NCBI GenBank assembly: GCA_963664115.2
Contig: CAXWPJ010000009.1
Location: 672,001 to 736,000 of the forward strand
DNA: 64,000 bases
Reading direction: 5' to 3'
Source of the DNA: Terriglobia bacterium
GTDB lineage: Bacteria; Acidobacteriota; Terriglobia; 20CM-2-55-15
The notes under the pieces: generated by a model
The model's database searches: none
What the model was told of the DNA's origin: nothing
The model's input: only the letters and a program-made list of their open reading frames with translations
In this document: positions 60,109-64,000 of the stretch, one piece after another
How positions within the stretch are numbered: the first letter of the stretch is position 1
How the letters are laid out: the number at the start of each line of letters is the position of its first letter
Made by a program: the position numbers and the translations under genes

Positions 60109-61110
60109 ATGGACAGACTCAAGTTCTCATCAATTCTAATTGCACTCGTGGTACTGCTCGCCGGTTGCACGGCTGAAGACGGCGACTCCGATTCCGATCG
60201 CCTGCAAACCGGTCAAGCCACATCAGCAGGCCGATACCCGCACGATGTAGTGACACTGATTACGCACTCCAGCCCCGGCGGCGGAAGCGATGTATTTCTT
60301 CGGGAACTTATCAGACATCTGGGGCCTCAGATGGGTATAGATTTCGTCGTCGAAAACGTCAGAGGTGGGGGGGGTGCGCGGGCGATGAGTCGGCTTGCCA
60401 ACTCACCTGCGGACGGCAGCGTTTTCTACGCCTCGACGCCAAGCTTTATCTTCACGTCGTTGATGAGCCAACCGGCGAATACATACGACGATCTGGATCC
60501 GATCGTGAACGTGTTCTTGGATCAGGAGGTCATCTACACACGCACGGAGAGCCCGTTCGAAACACTGGCCGACGTTATTCAAACGGCACGCTCGGAAAGA
60601 GGCCGATGGGGCGCCGCGACACCCGGGTCGCTGGAACGACAAGCCCTGGAGCGTCTCAAGCAGGCAGCGGCCGTCGACGCCGCAATCGTCAGCCATGACG
60701 GTGGTGGCGATCTCATACTTAACGTGTTGAACGGCACGCTCGACATCGGGGTCGGCGAGGCTCAGGAAATCCGGAGCCAACTCGACGCCGGTCAGCTGCG
60801 CTTGCTTGCCGTGTTCAGCGAAATGCGATTGCCCGAACTGCCGGAGTTGCCGACAGTAAAGGAATCAGGCTACGACGTCGTCGTTACGAAGTTTCGGGGA
60901 CTGATGGGACCACGAGACACACCACCGCAAATTGTTGAAGCCTGGGAAAGTGCAGTACGGGAAGTGCTTGAGAACCCGGACTACCGGCAGGTATATTCGG
61001 GTGCGATGCTCTCGCCCGCCTATATGCCGCAGAGCGAGTACGGCGGCTTCATCGATACTTTCGCCAGCGACACCCAAACGTTTCTACGCGAATCCGGTGT
61101 CATCAACTAG
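60109..61110 (+). CDS. tctC: Tripartite tricarboxylate transporter binding protein (lipoprotein)
   Basis: LAGC lipobox, PGGGSD, VENVRGGGG, PADG, LPTVKESG. Confidence 0.88.
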   Translation: MDRLKFSSILIALVVLLAGCTAEDGDSDSDRLQTGQATSAGRYPHDVVTLITHSSPGGGSDVFLRELIRHLGPQMGIDFVVENVRGGGGARAMSRLANSPADGSVFYASTPSFIFTSLMSQPANTYDDLDPIVNVFLDQEVIYTRTESPFETLADVIQTARSERGRWGAATPGSLERQALERLKQAAAVDAAIVSHDGGGDLILNVLNGTLDIGVGEAQEIRSQLDAGQLRLLAVFSEMRLPELPELPTVKESGYDVVVTKFRGLMGPRDTPPQIVEAWESAVREVLENPDYRQVYSGAMLSPAYMPQSEYGGFIDTFASDTQTFLRESGVIN

Positions 61111-61134
61111 TCGATCGACAACGATGGCATATTC

Positions 61135-61623
61135 ATGTTGAAGGATCTGATTGGCGCACTGATCCTGTTGCTGATCGCCTCCGGCTACTACGTCCTCACA
61201 GGTGACATTAATTCAAGCGCTCTAGCTGATGAAATCGGAGCGGCCGGAGTTCCTGTAGTCTACGCAATCCTCCTGGCCGCAATCGCTCTCAGCCTTGCCG
61301 CAAAAGCGCTGATCAGACGGCGCTTCACACGTGCCGGCGACCTGGAGCCGATCAACGATCTTCAAGGGGAAGGCCGCAAGTTATCTGGCGCGGCCGGAAT
61401 GCTGGCTATCGGAATAGCCTATGTTGGGGCCGTCACGTTCGTCGGCTACTTAATTTCTATAGCTACGGTGATCGCCTGTGTCGCTCTGTATCAGGGCGAG
61501 CGTGTGGGTTGGCGTCTCGCCCGAATCGCGATTGGTGGCGGCATAACGTTCTGGATTTTCTTTGATCGCTTGCTTGGAGTCGACATGCCATCCGGATTCT
61601 GGTCGGCGTTGGGGGGGGCATGA
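61135..61623 (+). CDS. tctB: TTT small membrane subunit
   Basis: Four to five TM segments, F..LLGV.MP.G end; position between tctC and tctA. Confidence 0.85.
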   Translation: MLKDLIGALILLLIASGYYVLTGDINSSALADEIGAAGVPVVYAILLAAIALSLAAKALIRRRFTRAGDLEPINDLQGEGRKLSGAAGMLAIGIAYVGAVTFVGYLISIATVIACVALYQGERVGWRLARIAIGGGITFWIFFDRLLGVDMPSGFWSALGGA

Positions 61624-61770
61624 CAGCAGCCTGACAGCAGGGGGGGGACATGACAGCAGCCTGGGGGGGGGGACATGACAGCAGCCTGGGGGGGGGACAT
61701 GACAGCAGCCTGGGGGGGGACAGCCTGGGGGGGGACAGCCTGCAGCAGCCTGGGGGGGAGATGATAGCAG
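61611..61770 (+). repeat. Imperfect tandem repeat with seven poly-G tracts
   Basis: Units of G(7-10)-ACATGACAGCAGCCT and truncated variants at the tctB/tctA junction. Confidence 0.9.
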
Positions 61771-63263
61771 CAGTACTTGAAGGACTCAACTTGCTGGTCA
61801 CAACACCCCTCGCACTGGCAGCCCCCGCTGGAGTCGCTTGGGGGATTCTCGGTGGAGCGCTGCCAGGTATTTCACCCTCGATCAGCATGGCTTTGTTGTT
61901 GCCGTTCACCTATGGCATGGAACCCATCTCGGCGATCGTCTTACTGGCATCGACGTATATCGGAGCGGAATACGGAGGCTCGATACCCGCGATTTTGATC
62001 AATACGCCGGGCACCAATGCCGCGGGTGCTACGCTGCTCGATGGTTATCCGATGAAGCAGCAGGGCCGGGGCGGCGAGGCCCTGGGTATTTCCCTCTACT
62101 CCGGTGTCATCGGAAGTTTTTTCGGATTGTTGATGTTAGTCCTGTTGACGAGGCCGCTGGCGAGCCTCGCTCTTCGGTTCACCCCGATGTCGTATTTTGC
62201 TCTGGGTGTCCTCGGTTTGAGTGTGATCGCGTCGTTGGCGGGCAAGTCAATATTGAAGGGCCTTGCTGCCGGCCTGTTGGGTTTGATGCTCTCAACCGTC
62301 GGAACCGACCCAATCTCCGGAGTGCCACGCTTCACCTTCGGACAGGCGGCCCTCCTCGACGGCATCGCGCCCATCCTTGTCATGATCGGACTCTTCGCAG
62401 TCAGCGAGTTATTCCTTCAGTCAAGCCAGCCCGCGTGGGAAAAGGCGCCACCCGAGTCCACAAAGATCCGTTTTCCGGACAGGAAGATGCGGCGGCGGCT
62501 TTTTAAGCCTCAATTGATTGGCTCCGTGGTTGGTACGGTTGAAGGCGTGATTCCAGGGGCCGGAGGAACGATCGCATCGTTTCTGTCCTACAACGAAGCA
62601 CGCCGCTGGTCGGCGACCAAAGAGGAATTCGGACGGGGATCACCGGAAGGCGTCGCAGCGCCTGAGACCGCCAACAACACGGTCGCGACAACAGCATTGG
62701 TTCCCTTGTTAAGTTTCGGAATTCCCGGATCGAATTCCGCCGCGATTCTGCTCGGAGGCCTTCTGGTTCACGGTCTCGTACCGGGCCCCCGTCTTTTCGA
62801 GGAGAACGCCGATGCGGTGATCGGTCTATATACCGGATTGTTTGTCGCGAGCTTATCATTGCTGGTGATCGGCAGTGCCATCCTGCCGCTGTGCCTGTGG
62901 TTGGTGAATCGGCCTAAGGCGGTACTGATGGCTTTCATATACGCCCTGATCTTCTCGGGCATTTACACGATCAATTACAGCCTGGTCGATGTAGGCCTAG
63001 TGCTCGCCGCCGGCACGGTGGGCCTTGTGATGCGGATTCTGGGATTGCCGTTGCTTCCCGCCGTGCTCGGTGTGGTGTTGGGTTTTCTTGTCGAATCGAA
63101 CTATCGCCGATCGCTTGTACTATCGGGCGGTGAACACTCGATTTTTCTCGAGGATCCCATTGCTACGAGTCTCCTTTTAGTCGCGGCACTGTTTATTATT
63201 GGTTCCATCGCTACAAGAATCTGGTCAAGCCGTCGCGGTGGAAAAGAAGCCTCACACGCGTAG
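61761..63263 (+). CDS. tctA: TTT large membrane subunit
   Basis: GALPGIS, YGGSIPAILINTPG, DGYPM, APETANN, GIPG; an in-frame upstream ATG at 61650 lies within the repeat. Confidence 0.93.
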   Translation: MIAAVLEGLNLLVTTPLALAAPAGVAWGILGGALPGISPSISMALLLPFTYGMEPISAIVLLASTYIGAEYGGSIPAILINTPGTNAAGATLLDGYPMKQQGRGGEALGISLYSGVIGSFFGLLMLVLLTRPLASLALRFTPMSYFALGVLGLSVIASLAGKSILKGLAAGLLGLMLSTVGTDPISGVPRFTFGQAALLDGIAPILVMIGLFAVSELFLQSSQPAWEKAPPESTKIRFPDRKMRRRLFKPQLIGSVVGTVEGVIPGAGGTIASFLSYNEARRWSATKEEFGRGSPEGVAAPETANNTVATTALVPLLSFGIPGSNSAAILLGGLLVHGLVPGPRLFEENADAVIGLYTGLFVASLSLLVIGSAILPLCLWLVNRPKAVLMAFIYALIFSGIYTINYSLVDVGLVLAAGTVGLVMRILGLPLLPAVLGVVLGFLVESNYRRSLVLSGGEHSIFLEDPIATSLLLVAALFIIGSIATRIWSSRRGGKEASHA

Positions 63264-63267
63264 AGGA

Positions 63268-64000
63268 ATGAGTAAAGAGCAGCCACAACAACCGATCGCT
63301 AAGACCCTGGCGCATTGGATCGAAAATCTCTCTTCTACAGATTTACCCGACGCTGTCACGAGAGCCTGCGCAAATACGGTCATCGATACGATGGGTCTCG
63401 CATTCTCCGCCCGCAACACTGACTACGTCCGAGCGCTTAGGGATTCGTGGACCGGAGAAGGACTCTGCTCGGTAATTGGCACCGGGGACCATCTTACGGC
63501 CGAGGCCGCAGCGATGATCAACGGCACGGCGGCACATGGTGAGGACTTCGACAACACGTTCGAAGGATGCCCGGTACATCCGGGAGCCGTTATCGTACCG
63601 GCGGTGCTGGCGATCGCCGAGAACGAACAACTCTCGGGAACCGACGTTCTGCGCGGCATCGCTGTAGGACAGGAACTCATGTGCCGTATGGGCTTAGCCG
63701 CACAAAAGGGAATACATGCCGCGGGTTTTCATCCAACAGCAGTGATCGGCGCTATGGGAGCCACGGCAGCGGTCGCGGCGGCCACTCGTACGACTCCCGT
63801 CGCGACTGCCAACGCGCTTGGTGTGGCCGGAAGCATGGCGTCAGGCATCATCGAATATCTAGCTGACGGTTCGTGGACCAAAAGGATGCATGCGGGTTGG
63901 GCCGCGCAGTCGGGATTGCGAGCACTCGCAATGGGTCGAGCGGGATTCCAGGGCCCAGTCACTGTGTTTGAAGGTACACATGGATTCTTTCATGCCTTCG
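63268..64000 (+). CDS. MmgE/PrpD family protein, runs off the window
   Basis: Manual translation MSKEQPQQPIAKTLAHWI..., AAMINGTAAHGEDFDNT, HPGAVIVPAVLA, GFHPT, KRMHAGWAA. Confidence 0.9.
   Translation, partial: MSKEQPQQPIAKTLAHWIENLSSTDLPDAVTRACANTVIDTMGLAFSARNTDYVRALRDSWTGEGLCSVIGTGDHLTAEAAAMINGTAAHGEDFDNTFEGCPVHPGAVIVPAVLAIAENEQLSGTDVLRGIAVGQELMCRMGLAAQKGIHAAGFHPTAVIGAMGATAAVAAATRTTPVATANALGVAGSMASGIIEYLADGSWTKRMHAGWAAQSGLRALAMGRAGFQGPVTVFEGTHGFFHAF

Noticed and set aside
1-64000. CRISPR array, tRNA or rRNA genes
   Set aside because: No regularly spaced repeat-spacer array or recognisable RNA gene seen; the repeats found are attC, REP-like, MITE or poly-G types

Overview
Bacterial genomic window of moderately high GC, most consistent with an Acidobacteriota-like organism. 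That placement is an inference from an Oar-type TonB receptor, a DUF6152-like gene, many PQQ-like beta-propellers and a Ser/Thr kinase remnant. Left to right: a thiolase and CoA-transferase pair; F420 biosynthesis and use genes (cofC, cofE, npdG, cofH, cofG, LLM oxidoreductase; no cofD) interleaved with a split B12-mutase small subunit and meaB; and a complete mcm-pccB-pccA-meaB-mce operon. Next come four tandem exported beta-propeller genes, a MITE, a TonB receptor, and an uncharacterised operon (EhpF-like adenylating enzyme, ALDH-fold reductase, GT4 glycosyltransferase, MacB/LolCDE-type ABC transporter, beta-propeller). A ~6.6 kb island bounded by 46-bp direct repeats follows. It carries an integron whose intI is co-oriented with five cassettes (HNH, HEPN-like, PARG macrodomain, HNH, ORF6N), one attC replaced by an attI-like spacer, and an IS91/ISCR transposase remnant. 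The right part holds asparaginase, FG-GAP and propeller proteins, TRAP and TTT transporters, aromatic-catabolism genes, a rhodanese fusion, a poly-G repeat at the tctB/tctA junction and a partial MmgE/PrpD gene. All calls come from motif reading and recalled family features; no database searches were run.
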